From Eledone cirrhosa (lineage: Eukaryota): a DNA stretch of 64,000 nucleotides. Location: the NCBI GenBank assembly GCA_964016885.1, contig OZ024741.1, forward strand, positions 121,334,001 to 121,398,000. Reading direction: 5' to 3'. The first letter of the stretch is position 1; every line of letters starts with the position of its first letter. The notes beneath the pieces are model-generated. The model searched no databases. It saw only the letters and a list, made by a program, of their open reading frames with translations, and had not been told where the DNA came from. Shown here piece by piece: positions 1 to 9,052 of the stretch. Both the position numbers and the translations under genes were made by a program.

Positions 1-555
1 ATGGCCGTTAGTTCGATTCCCAGGACAATGCCTTGTGCTTTCTAGGGACAGTTCTGCGACTCTAAAAGGACAGTTCTGCGCTCTTCAACGGTCAGTCTGC
101 ATCCCTCTATGGTCTGGCTACTAGCTCTAATGATAGCACCGCCTTATATGGACCTCATTGATGTGTGAGTGAGATGAACTGACAATAGAAGTGAATCACT
201 CAACGTTTTATCTATATAGCTGTGTGTAGGACCTCAATCGGTTTCTACGACGAGTGTTCCAGTCGTTTGATCAATAGAACAACCTGCTCGTGAAGTCAAC
301 GTGTAAATGGCTGAGTAGTTCACAGACACGTGCAACTTTTACGTAGTTTTCGGGAAGATTTAGTACGACACACTGAATGACAAGACTGGTTCTTTGAATT
401 GCAAGTACAGTTCATCCGATGGGCATCAAACAGTTTCCGTCTGCCGAATTTCACTCATAAGGAGGGTCCTACCCAAGGCTAGAGTAAAGGCGCTTGCCAA
501 AGATGTCACATAGTGGGATCGAAACCTAGACCTAATGATTGCGACGAGAACTTCG
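1..555 (+). mobile_element. Degenerate tRNA-headed SINE-like repeat(s), second family
   Basis: B-box-like GTTCGATTCCC at the start. Blocks such as 'cgacgagtgttccagtcgtttgatcaatagaacaacctgctc...cacagacacgtg' recur at about 16580-16920, 42290-42530 and 58700-58800, and inverted at about 25970-26110. Confidence 0.55.
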
Positions 556-1061
556 TAATGGAGAATATTTTCGATGTTTTAATTTTTCCAACGTTTACAT
601 TTTCAGCTAATTATGATCGTAGAAAAACCAACTTATGTTTTCTAATTATGATTTCTAAAATAACAGGTTTATTTCGCAAAACATTTTTTTTTTCAAAATG
701 TGGTCACACTAGACATCAGTTATTTTCTATGCCGCTTTCCTAAATAAAAAATACTCCATACCTACGATGTAGAGTTTGGCATTTTTACTTCTTGTTCTCT
801 TCGTTTTTATTTTCTTAAAAACATTTTGATTTTGCTCTGAATATTTTAAGTATTTAATCAAAACATTACTATCAATATTATAGAAACTTTATTATAGTTT
901 AGATAAACTGTTCTCAAACGGCAATAGTTATCTCCCTTGTTATAACTATGGGAAGCAATTCGACATAAATGAGTTGTTTTCTCATAAGACATTTGTGTTT
1001 TCACTTTCTCTGCAAGTATCTGATATCGCTTAAAATATTTAAAAATTAGAATTTGACAAGT

Positions 1062-1173
<112 letters not shown>

Positions 1174-1405
1174 AGATCTAGCTGTCGTCTGTTCTACAGT
1201 GTGGATGTCATTCACTTCGCACAGAAGTTTTGTTCAAATTTATTGAGGAAATTTTGTGAGTTCAAACTTAATTTTGATACAATTGTGTAGCTTGACCCTC
1301 CGTCTGAACTGTCAGGCGGTGGGTCAGCTCATCTTCACCCCTCCTAGAGGTGAAAAACCTGTTTTAAAAAATTTTGTGTAAAAAAAAATTTCAATCGTCT
1401 AACAA

Positions 1406-3313
1406 ATGTTAAACGCAGCGAACGAAAATAGTGGTGGGGGGACAGCGGTAAGAGTTGTAAGCTCGCACGCTTTAGTCCCCCCTTCCTTCCCAACTAACGT
1501 CATAGAGAAGGAAGGAAAAATTAAAATAAAAACAGACGAATCTGCGGAGAAAAAAAATGACGAAAACACAAATCTGGACATGGATTCCAACAACGAAAAA
1601 AAAAAATTTGAAAAATTGCATGACAATACTAATAACACAAACAAAGACACAACAAACACAAAAATAACATTTGAAAATAACACCATATCAGAAAGCAAAG
1701 CAGACGACAAAGTCAACAAGATTTCATTTGCACAGAAAACAAAGAAATCTTTGACTTATATAGCGGAAAACATTTCAGATGTGGTACGAAGGATCACGGA
1801 CGCCAAACAATACATAAGTGAAGGAGAGAATGGTATTTTATCGGTAAAAATGCCTCAAGAATTCACGAAAGACATTGAAAGCCGAACGGTCAAGTTTCGG
1901 ACCATCAACAACAGTACAAAAAAACCTGAACAGCCTTCTCAAGCAGATATCAAAACAGTACTCACAGAAGTACTTAATGAAACCACTTTCATAAGAAAAG
2001 ACAGACTGTATGGAAGCCTAGCAATTATCATGAAGAACGAATCGGCGGCAAAAAAATGTGCTTTGTCACCGATTCGTTCGAAAAATTTCACCTTTTATCC
2101 ATCTTATATGGGGAAAAGAACTCAACGCATATGGCTGGATGCAATGATGCTAGATGTGGACTACTGCTGGCTCATAGCTGGCTTCATTGATCCAGTGAAT
2201 GACAACGTGATTTCCATTGGGAAAACCACAGGCAATGCGTTCAGTGGAACAGGTATAGAGCTGGTAGTGCAAATGAAGCCTGAACGCATCGCCCAAATAC
2301 CCGACAGAATCCTATTAGAGAACCACGGGTATATAAACATTAGCGTGGAGGGGAGAAGGCCGTCCTGCCATATCTGTGCAAGCAGAGGGCACCTGAAGGC
2401 CGCTTGTCCCCAACTCAACAAAAAGAAAACCCTGCTACCAACACCAGCTCCACCACCACCACCACAACAGATAAACAAACAACAAAACTCAGTCCCACCC
2501 AACCCGTCCCTCAGTAAAACCACACCACCACCACAACACAAACAGTCACAACACATTACCCCAAAACAAAATACAGGCCCACCCAACCTCTCACTCAATA
2601 AAACAACACAACCACCGCAGACACAACACACAACACAGTCTAACATAGTGACATCCATCTCCCCCACAAAGAAAACCAACACGGAAACATTACCAGCAAA
2701 CATACCTCTTCCCTCCAACACTGAAGATAACCCAACGAATTCGGAGGAAGAAACGGAGTCCTTCAGACAGATTAAAAGGAAAAAAAGAAAACATGTGCAA
2801 AACACACAAGGCCAAACAGCCCCCACCCAAATGTCAACACAATCCAACAAAACAGAAAACACCCCTCCAGCAACAAACAAAACCAAACTTGCCCCTCCCC
2901 TCTTCGAAACACTCACACCATCCGAAAAAAAGACATTACACTATACTTACATCAACAGAAACAATAATAAATTAAATGAACTCATATACAATAATCCTTC
3001 GGTACAAACCGAAGGGGTAAACTTTGTTTCCTCAGAAAACTACCCACATTTAAAACTAATAAAGATCCCAATGAACCTCTACCAAAAACTAAAAAAGGAT
3101 TTTAAGGAGGACGTAGGACCACCCTCTGTCAAACCCATAAACCGCGTCCTACTAAAAAGCTTTCCCCCTCCCCTTCCCTTCCCCAACACAACTCCAAACA
3201 CCCCAACCCCACCACACACTGACGACCCCACACCACCACAAGACACCCCTTCACCCAACACCCCCGACCCCATGGAAGTCGTGCAACCCGAACCCCGGGA
3301 AGCGGAAAGGTAG
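1406..3313 (+). CDS. Tx1 ORF1p, nucleic-acid binding protein with zinc knuckle, 635 aa
   Basis: CHICASRGHLKAAC (CX2CX4HX4C), Pro/Thr/Gln-rich low-complexity C-half, basic KRKKRK patch; homologous to 7250-9028. Confidence 0.85.
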   Translation: MLNAANENSGGGTAVRVVSSHALVPPSFPTNVIEKEGKIKIKTDESAEKKNDENTNLDMDSNNEKKKFEKLHDNTNNTNKDTTNTKITFENNTISESKADDKVNKISFAQKTKKSLTYIAENISDVVRRITDAKQYISEGENGILSVKMPQEFTKDIESRTVKFRTINNSTKKPEQPSQADIKTVLTEVLNETTFIRKDRLYGSLAIIMKNESAAKKCALSPIRSKNFTFYPSYMGKRTQRIWLDAMMLDVDYCWLIAGFIDPVNDNVISIGKTTGNAFSGTGIELVVQMKPERIAQIPDRILLENHGYINISVEGRRPSCHICASRGHLKAACPQLNKKKTLLPTPAPPPPPQQINKQQNSVPPNPSLSKTTPPPQHKQSQHITPKQNTGPPNLSLNKTTQPPQTQHTTQSNIVTSISPTKKTNTETLPANIPLPSNTEDNPTNSEEETESFRQIKRKKRKHVQNTQGQTAPTQMSTQSNKTENTPPATNKTKLAPPLFETLTPSEKKTLHYTYINRNNNKLNELIYNNPSVQTEGVNFVSSENYPHLKLIKIPMNLYQKLKKDFKEDVGPPSVKPINRVLLKSFPPPLPFPNTTPNTPTPPHTDDPTPPQDTPSPNTPDPMEVVQPEPREAER

Positions 3314-3346
3314 GTCTCTACACTCTCCTTTGGCTCTGCCGCCCAC

Positions 3347-6300
3347 ATGGATGTGTTAAGAGTAGGATGTTTGAATGCACGTGGCCTGGGCTCAACTTGG
3401 AAGCAAGCAAAGCTTCTAAATGACCTCAGGTCATGTAGTATAAATGTAATGGTTATCTGTGAGACTCGAATCAGCGTCGTGCGGCAGCTGGCCCCCACCT
3501 TCGATGACTTTGAGGTGCATGCATCTCTTTGTCAACCTGGAGGTGGGGGTGGGGTTGTCGTACTGCTGCAAAAACACCTGGGTCTTGCCGTACAGGTTGT
3601 GCACTCGGACCCGGAGGGTCGTTTGTTGGTGCTAGACGTTGGCAGTAGTGAAAGTGCGGCCTTGAGACTGGTCGCCGTCTACTCCCCTTTCGGAGCAGAA
3701 CGGCCCGACTTCTTCCAGCGTTTGGAGACTTTTCTGGGAACGTCGCGTTCCCTGCTTCTAGCGGGGGATTGGAATGACATCCTGGATGCACGTTGGGACT
3801 ATGCAGGAGCATGTCCTAATAGAGGGGAGTGTAACAGCCTCAAGGGGTTACTCGACCGTTTTAACTTGGTCGATAGATATCGACTAGATTTTCCAACTGT
3901 GCCTACCTGGACTTGGAGAAACCACAGTGGTCAATCTAGATCGTACTTAGATAGATTCTTAGTTAGAAGTAAGGATAGGGACATATTAAGCTGTCCAGAA
4001 ATGTGCACGGTTGGCTACACGGATCACAAATTAGTGACCTGCGTGGTCAATCTCGAGAAAACACATAGACAGGGTCCCGGTTACTGGAAACTTAATTTGT
4101 CTTTACCGGCAAAAGAGACTTACAGAAACCGGATTAGCAGATTAGTTAAGGAGAGGTTGACGGGTGCAATCGTCAACAACCGATGGTGGGCATCTCTCAA
4201 AAGAGAGATTAGAACAGAATCAATAAGTTATAGCAAGATGTTAGCTGCCGATAGGAATAGAAACGAGAAAGAATTAACAGGTAAATTAGAAGAGGCAATC
4301 AAGAGCGAAGATGTGGCCAGAGTGCTGGCATCGAGGACGGCCTTGAACCAGTTTTTCGATGCAAAGCACGAAGGCTGCGTCATTCGAAGTAAAATACGTG
4401 CTCTAGGTAATGAGGGGGCCAAAGCCGTTGACTGGGCCCGCGTGACAGAAGCTAAGGGTGGAAATCGATCCACCATCCGGTCGTTGCAAGACGAAGATGG
4501 ACGGGTGATCCGGGAGCCTAAGCAGATGTGCGAGGCCTTTCAAAGGCACTTTGCCCGATTGTTCGGGGGAGGCGAGTGTCCGGGCGGGGACGTGGATTTC
4601 GGTCCATACCTCGACGGCCTGCAGCGTCTCTCGAGCGAAGAGGCAGATTCCTGCGAGGGACCAATCTCGGCTGATGAGATCGGAGATGCGCTGAGCCAAT
4701 GCAGCAGACGCAAATCTCCAGGTCTCGATGGTATACCTTACGAACTTTATTTAGCAATGCCGGTCTTCTTCTCCGAACTCTTCGAAGCGGTCTACTGCAA
4801 TTGGCAGCAGAACGGGAGAATTCCTTGTTCTGTAGCCAAGGGCGTAGTCACGCTGGTGAGGAAGGACGAGAACAAGGGGGATAGTATAAATAATTTTCGG
4901 CCCATAACCCTGCTAAACACAGAGTTAAAGATTTTGGCCAAGGTGTTAGCAAAGAAGTTGGCGCTTGTCGTGGGTGGCCTGGTGGGAGATGCGCAGACAT
5001 GTGCTATCCCATCCAGGTCCATTCACGATAACCTCCACCTCATGCGATACATCATAGAGAGGGTTGGCAACAAACCCGGCTTCGGTGGGGCCCTGATCAA
5101 ATTGGATCAGTCTAAGGCCTCCGATAGCGTCGACCATGGTTACCTGGATGCGGTGCTAGCGGCGGCTGGGTTCGGTCCTGTTTTGAGAGGCTGGATAACT
5201 GCCTTACATAGCAACCACATCTGTTCTAGGATCAAGGTGAACGGCTACCTTTCGAAGCCGTTCGAAATCACACGATCCATTCGACAGGGGTGCCCTCTCT
5301 CCTCCCTTCTGTACGTATTGACTCTCGAGCCTTTACTAAGGAAGTTGGAGTTGTTGCAGGGTATCCCCCTGGAACCAGGATTGAGCAAAGCGGTGTCGGC
5401 CTACGCCGATGACGTAACAGTAATGGTATCGACCGACTCGGAGATCGAGGCGATCGGTACCTTACTGGAGGAGTACGAAAGGTTGTCAGGAGCGAAACTG
5501 AACCGGGAAAAATCCATCGGGCTGCAACTCGGAACGTGGAGAGGCAGACCGATGCCTCCTGACGGTGTCGTCGGACACTGGACGGAGGGCCCGGTAAAGT
5601 TGCTTGGGGTCTGGTTTGGACCGGACCTCCAGGTGGAAAAGAACTGGAACGAGGTTACGAACAAGGTGTTTGCACTAACCCAGAAATGGGCCAAGTGTAA
5701 GCTGTCCCTAAAAGGCCGGGCGGAGGTGGCGAACATTTACATAGCGTCCGTCACTTACTACCGCCTGACTGTCGTACCTTGCCCTAAGGAAACACTCACC
5801 ACCATGGAACGCATGCTCTTCCAATTTCTTTGGAAGAAGCGCCCTCCTATAGTGAGAAGATCCATCTGCTGCCAACAACCTTCGAAAGGAGGGCTGGGGA
5901 TGCCGTGGTTGATGATGCGTAGGCACGCATTAAGACTACGGCACCTACAGGTATTCCTCACTGGTCAACCGGTGTGGGCTCCGTTCGTGAAACGAGCCTT
6001 TCCGAGACTCGTCTCGCTCACCGAGCTACAGTCCTGGGTCAAGCAAAGATCCGGAAAACTGGGAGACTGGCACACTGAGTGTGCTCAGGCGCTCAGGGCT
6101 CTCTGGCAAGCGGGCCAGGCCATCGGTGGAGAATCCACCTCATCATTCTATAGAGGGCTGGTGGGTAGCAGGTGCGATGACACCCTTGGAGAGTCGCTGG
6201 ACATGGAAGAAGACGAACTGGCCGGCCTGTTCGGTAGGACTTTCGGCCCAGGACCAATGGACAACTTCCAGAAGTCACTGGCCTGGCAGTGCTACCGGGG

Positions 6301-6784
6301 GGCTCTACCCGTTCGAGAGAGGCTCTACAGACACGGGCGCCCGGGCAGGGATCCCTCAAAAAAGATTTGCCCTAGATGCGTGCGTCACGAAGAAACCGTT
6401 GCGCACGCATTGGTGCAATGTCCGGGCGTGGCTGATCTGTGGGGCTACGCCGAACGACTGCTGTCGCGGGTGGCGCCGATTAAATTGACCGCCGAGTCCG
6501 TGATGACAATCAAACCGCCTCCCCTCTTCACAAAGGAAGCAAAGGCGGTTTTTCTGTGCGTAATAGCCATGTTGAAAGAGGTTGTTTGGTGGACACGATT
6601 GAAAGGTCTGAGGTCAGGCAACTTCCTCTCTGGCCATAGTCTGGTCTACTTCTTCCGATATCACTTCGGAAGAAGGATAAGAATGGAGAGAGAGGTGCTT
6701 GGCCACAGGCAGTTTTATGAAAGGTGGGTGATAGTGGCGAGAATGGCTCGTGTAAATGGGCCTTCTCTGTATACCATCCTGTAG
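3347..6784 (+). CDS. Tx1 ORF2p: AP endonuclease + reverse transcriptase + C-terminal zinc finger, 1145 aa
   Basis: APE motifs LNARGL, ICET, GDWN, SYLDRF, TDH. Tx1/L1 signatures GPGYWKLN, KSPGLDG, FRPITLLN, QGCPLS, YADD; CPRC-X8-H-X4-C. The RT motif DxxKAFD reads KASD. Confidence 0.93.
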   Translation: MDVLRVGCLNARGLGSTWKQAKLLNDLRSCSINVMVICETRISVVRQLAPTFDDFEVHASLCQPGGGGGVVVLLQKHLGLAVQVVHSDPEGRLLVLDVGSSESAALRLVAVYSPFGAERPDFFQRLETFLGTSRSLLLAGDWNDILDARWDYAGACPNRGECNSLKGLLDRFNLVDRYRLDFPTVPTWTWRNHSGQSRSYLDRFLVRSKDRDILSCPEMCTVGYTDHKLVTCVVNLEKTHRQGPGYWKLNLSLPAKETYRNRISRLVKERLTGAIVNNRWWASLKREIRTESISYSKMLAADRNRNEKELTGKLEEAIKSEDVARVLASRTALNQFFDAKHEGCVIRSKIRALGNEGAKAVDWARVTEAKGGNRSTIRSLQDEDGRVIREPKQMCEAFQRHFARLFGGGECPGGDVDFGPYLDGLQRLSSEEADSCEGPISADEIGDALSQCSRRKSPGLDGIPYELYLAMPVFFSELFEAVYCNWQQNGRIPCSVAKGVVTLVRKDENKGDSINNFRPITLLNTELKILAKVLAKKLALVVGGLVGDAQTCAIPSRSIHDNLHLMRYIIERVGNKPGFGGALIKLDQSKASDSVDHGYLDAVLAAAGFGPVLRGWITALHSNHICSRIKVNGYLSKPFEITRSIRQGCPLSSLLYVLTLEPLLRKLELLQGIPLEPGLSKAVSAYADDVTVMVSTDSEIEAIGTLLEEYERLSGAKLNREKSIGLQLGTWRGRPMPPDGVVGHWTEGPVKLLGVWFGPDLQVEKNWNEVTNKVFALTQKWAKCKLSLKGRAEVANIYIASVTYYRLTVVPCPKETLTTMERMLFQFLWKKRPPIVRRSICCQQPSKGGLGMPWLMMRRHALRLRHLQVFLTGQPVWAPFVKRAFPRLVSLTELQSWVKQRSGKLGDWHTECAQALRALWQAGQAIGGESTSSFYRGLVGSRCDDTLGESLDMEEDELAGLFGRTFGPGPMDNFQKSLAWQCYRGALPVRERLYRHGRPGRDPSKKICPRCVRHEETVAHALVQCPGVADLWGYAERLLSRVAPIKLTAESVMTIKPPPLFTKEAKAVFLCVIAMLKEVVWWTRLKGLRSGNFLSGHSLVYFFRYHFGRRIRMEREVLGHRQFYERWVIVARMARVNGPSLYTIL

Positions 6785-6998
6785 GTAAAGAAGTAAAGGA
6801 AAGGGGAGCACCTTCTGCATGTGCTCCCCGGGCAAAGGATTGCACACTTTTTCGGGGGTGTGTGCAACCCCCATCACGTCCCCTCCCTTTTGAGGTTATT
6901 TTCGATTATTTTCATGTTACACCCTTTTTACTCGATTATATGTAAACTCCCCCTTTGTATTTGTCCCTTCTTTTTGTGCCTTTATGGTAAATAAAGAA

Positions 6999-7036
6999 AT
7001 CTATCTATCTATCTATCTATCTATCTATATCTATCT
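6999..7036. repeat. (ATCT)n between the two Tx1 elements
   Basis: Read directly; joins the 3' end of A to the 5' end of B. Confidence 0.95.
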
Positions 7037-7249
7037 CTGGGATGGACACACGCGTATAACTTGCTGAGTAAGTTCTGTTTAAATTTCTATAGAAATTCTT
7101 GTCTGATAACTTTAATTTTTGTACCATTTTGTAGAGGGACTGCCAGGTCAAACTTTGATCTGGTCAGTCTCTCAAAATATTCTACGCCTTTAGGCGAAAT
7201 AGTTAAAAAAAAAAGTTTTTTTCTTGTTGAAAAGTCAATATTTTTTTAA

Positions 7250-9028
7250 ATGGCCGAAGCTTCTTCACCAAAATTCGAAGGAGGAAAGGGGAAGATGAAC
7301 TTACAGCTTCCCCCTGCCACTGTCACAGTAGCAGAGGTCAAGAAGATAGGTCAGCCAGAGGAAGAATTCTCTCCACCTGTTAACCGACAACTTGACGTTG
7401 CCATGGCAACAACCCAAAGAACCAGCAGCAACAGCAACAACAACAACAATGCGACGGACGAAAACAACACCAATAACAATAACAATAACAACAACAACAC
7501 CAATAACGGTGACAACAACAACAATGATAACAACAACACCACCAACGACAACAACAACACAAACAAACAAAATTTCTCCTTCGCCGAGACGACAAGGAAA
7601 ACCCTCGACTATCTGCCAGTAGATATAACAAAAGCGAAGGAGCTACTGGCGGATGCGAAAAAATATATAGTGTACGGGGAAAATGGTTCATTCACAATCC
7701 ATTCCCCCCCGGAACTAAAAAGCCAGAGACTCCTAAACACGGTCATGTTTAGGACAATCTCGAACAAAAGTAAAAAACCAGCTCAACCATCACAGAGCGA
7801 GATAGAGCTGGTTTTAAAAGACGTCATGAAGGACATCACCTTCATTCAGAAGGATAGACTCTACGGGAGTCTATCCATTCTCATGAAGGACAGGGACACA
7901 GCAGTGAAACTGTCCATCAAACCAATCACATCCACCGCATACACCTTCTACCCTACGTACATGGGTAGAAGAACACAAAAAATAAAAATCCACACCATCC
8001 TGCCGATTATGGACATATGGTGGGTTTTGACAGGTTTTCTGGACCTGGAGGATGACATGCTGGTGTCCATGGGAAAGGCATCGGGTGACGCGTTCAGTGG
8101 AACCAGCCTCGAACTTGTAGTTCAAATGAGGCCCGAAAGGATCGCCCAGATCCCTGAACGCGTCATACTGGATGATCTAACCTTCATCAACATTACCGTT
8201 GAGGGTAGACGGCCCTCGTGTTACCTCTGCGGAACCAGAGGTCACCTGAGGGCTGTCTGTCCCCAACTTAATAAGAAAACCCCAATCCTGCCTACACCAC
8301 CAACAACTGCACAACCACCACAACTACCACTACAAAAACAACCACCACAGCTCAAACCAAAACAAAACAATGTCCAACCCATCCCCTCCACTCAAAAAAC
8401 AAAAACAATTTCCAAAACACCCGTACCGCAAACACAACCCGAAAATATACCCCTCCCCTCCAACGCGGAAGATGACCCTAGTTCGTCGTCAGACGAGGAG
8501 GAGCACTTCCACACAATCAAAAGAAAAAAAAGAAAACACACCTCAGACACACAAATGAAAAAAACCCCTCCCCAAAACATAACACTGACACCAACACAAA
8601 AGAGCTCACAACAGCAAACAAAAAACACCACACAAAAACAAAAACATGCATACACATACATAAATACAAGAAACAAAAAACTGTTAAACATTGTGTACAA
8701 CAACAATCTAATAAAAACACAAGGGCCTAACTTCACCCAGGCAGGGGATTTCCCCCACCTCAAAATGATTAAGGCCCCACAGGACACCTATAAAACTTTA
8801 AAAAACAATTTTAAAGAGGACGTGGGTCCCCCCTGCGTCGGGCCCATTAACCGCGTCCTCCTAAAAAACTATCCCACCCCCTCCCCAAACACCCTCACAA
8901 CTCCAAGCTCCCCAACCACACAACACACTGATGCCCCCACACTTCCACAAACCACCACCCCACCCAACAACCCATCCCCCACCCTAATGGAAATTGTGCA
9001 GCCCGATACCCGGGACGCAGAGAGGTAA
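7250..9028 (+). CDS. Tx1 ORF1p with zinc knuckle and poly-Asn tract, 592 aa
   Basis: CYLCGTRGHLRAVC knuckle; shares KDRLYGSL, YMGxRTQ, VEGRRPSC, FKEDVGPP and a terminal AER* with ORF1 of A. Confidence 0.85.
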   Translation: MAEASSPKFEGGKGKMNLQLPPATVTVAEVKKIGQPEEEFSPPVNRQLDVAMATTQRTSSNSNNNNNATDENNTNNNNNNNNNTNNGDNNNNDNNNTTNDNNNTNKQNFSFAETTRKTLDYLPVDITKAKELLADAKKYIVYGENGSFTIHSPPELKSQRLLNTVMFRTISNKSKKPAQPSQSEIELVLKDVMKDITFIQKDRLYGSLSILMKDRDTAVKLSIKPITSTAYTFYPTYMGRRTQKIKIHTILPIMDIWWVLTGFLDLEDDMLVSMGKASGDAFSGTSLELVVQMRPERIAQIPERVILDDLTFINITVEGRRPSCYLCGTRGHLRAVCPQLNKKTPILPTPPTTAQPPQLPLQKQPPQLKPKQNNVQPIPSTQKTKTISKTPVPQTQPENIPLPSNAEDDPSSSSDEEEHFHTIKRKKRKHTSDTQMKKTPPQNITLTPTQKSSQQQTKNTTQKQKHAYTYINTRNKKLLNIVYNNNLIKTQGPNFTQAGDFPHLKMIKAPQDTYKTLKNNFKEDVGPPCVGPINRVLLKNYPTPSPNTLTTPSSPTTQHTDAPTLPQTTTPPNNPSPTLMEIVQPDTRDAER

Positions 9029-9052
9029 GTGCCTTTTCTCTTCACCACCAAC

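Larger units (their letters stand above)
1174..6998 (+). mobile_element. Tx1-clade non-LTR retrotransposon, element A (near full length)
   Basis: 5' UTR, ORF1 with a CCHC knuckle, ORF2 with APE-RT-zinc finger, structured 3' UTR, AATAAA at 6990-6995, flanked by (TATC)n on both sides. Confidence 0.92.

Noticed and set aside
7068-7134. 67-nt GTAAGT...TGTAG intron in the 5' UTR of Tx1 element B
   Set aside because: The donor is not conserved in element A, and an efficiently spliced intron would be lost on retrotransposition.
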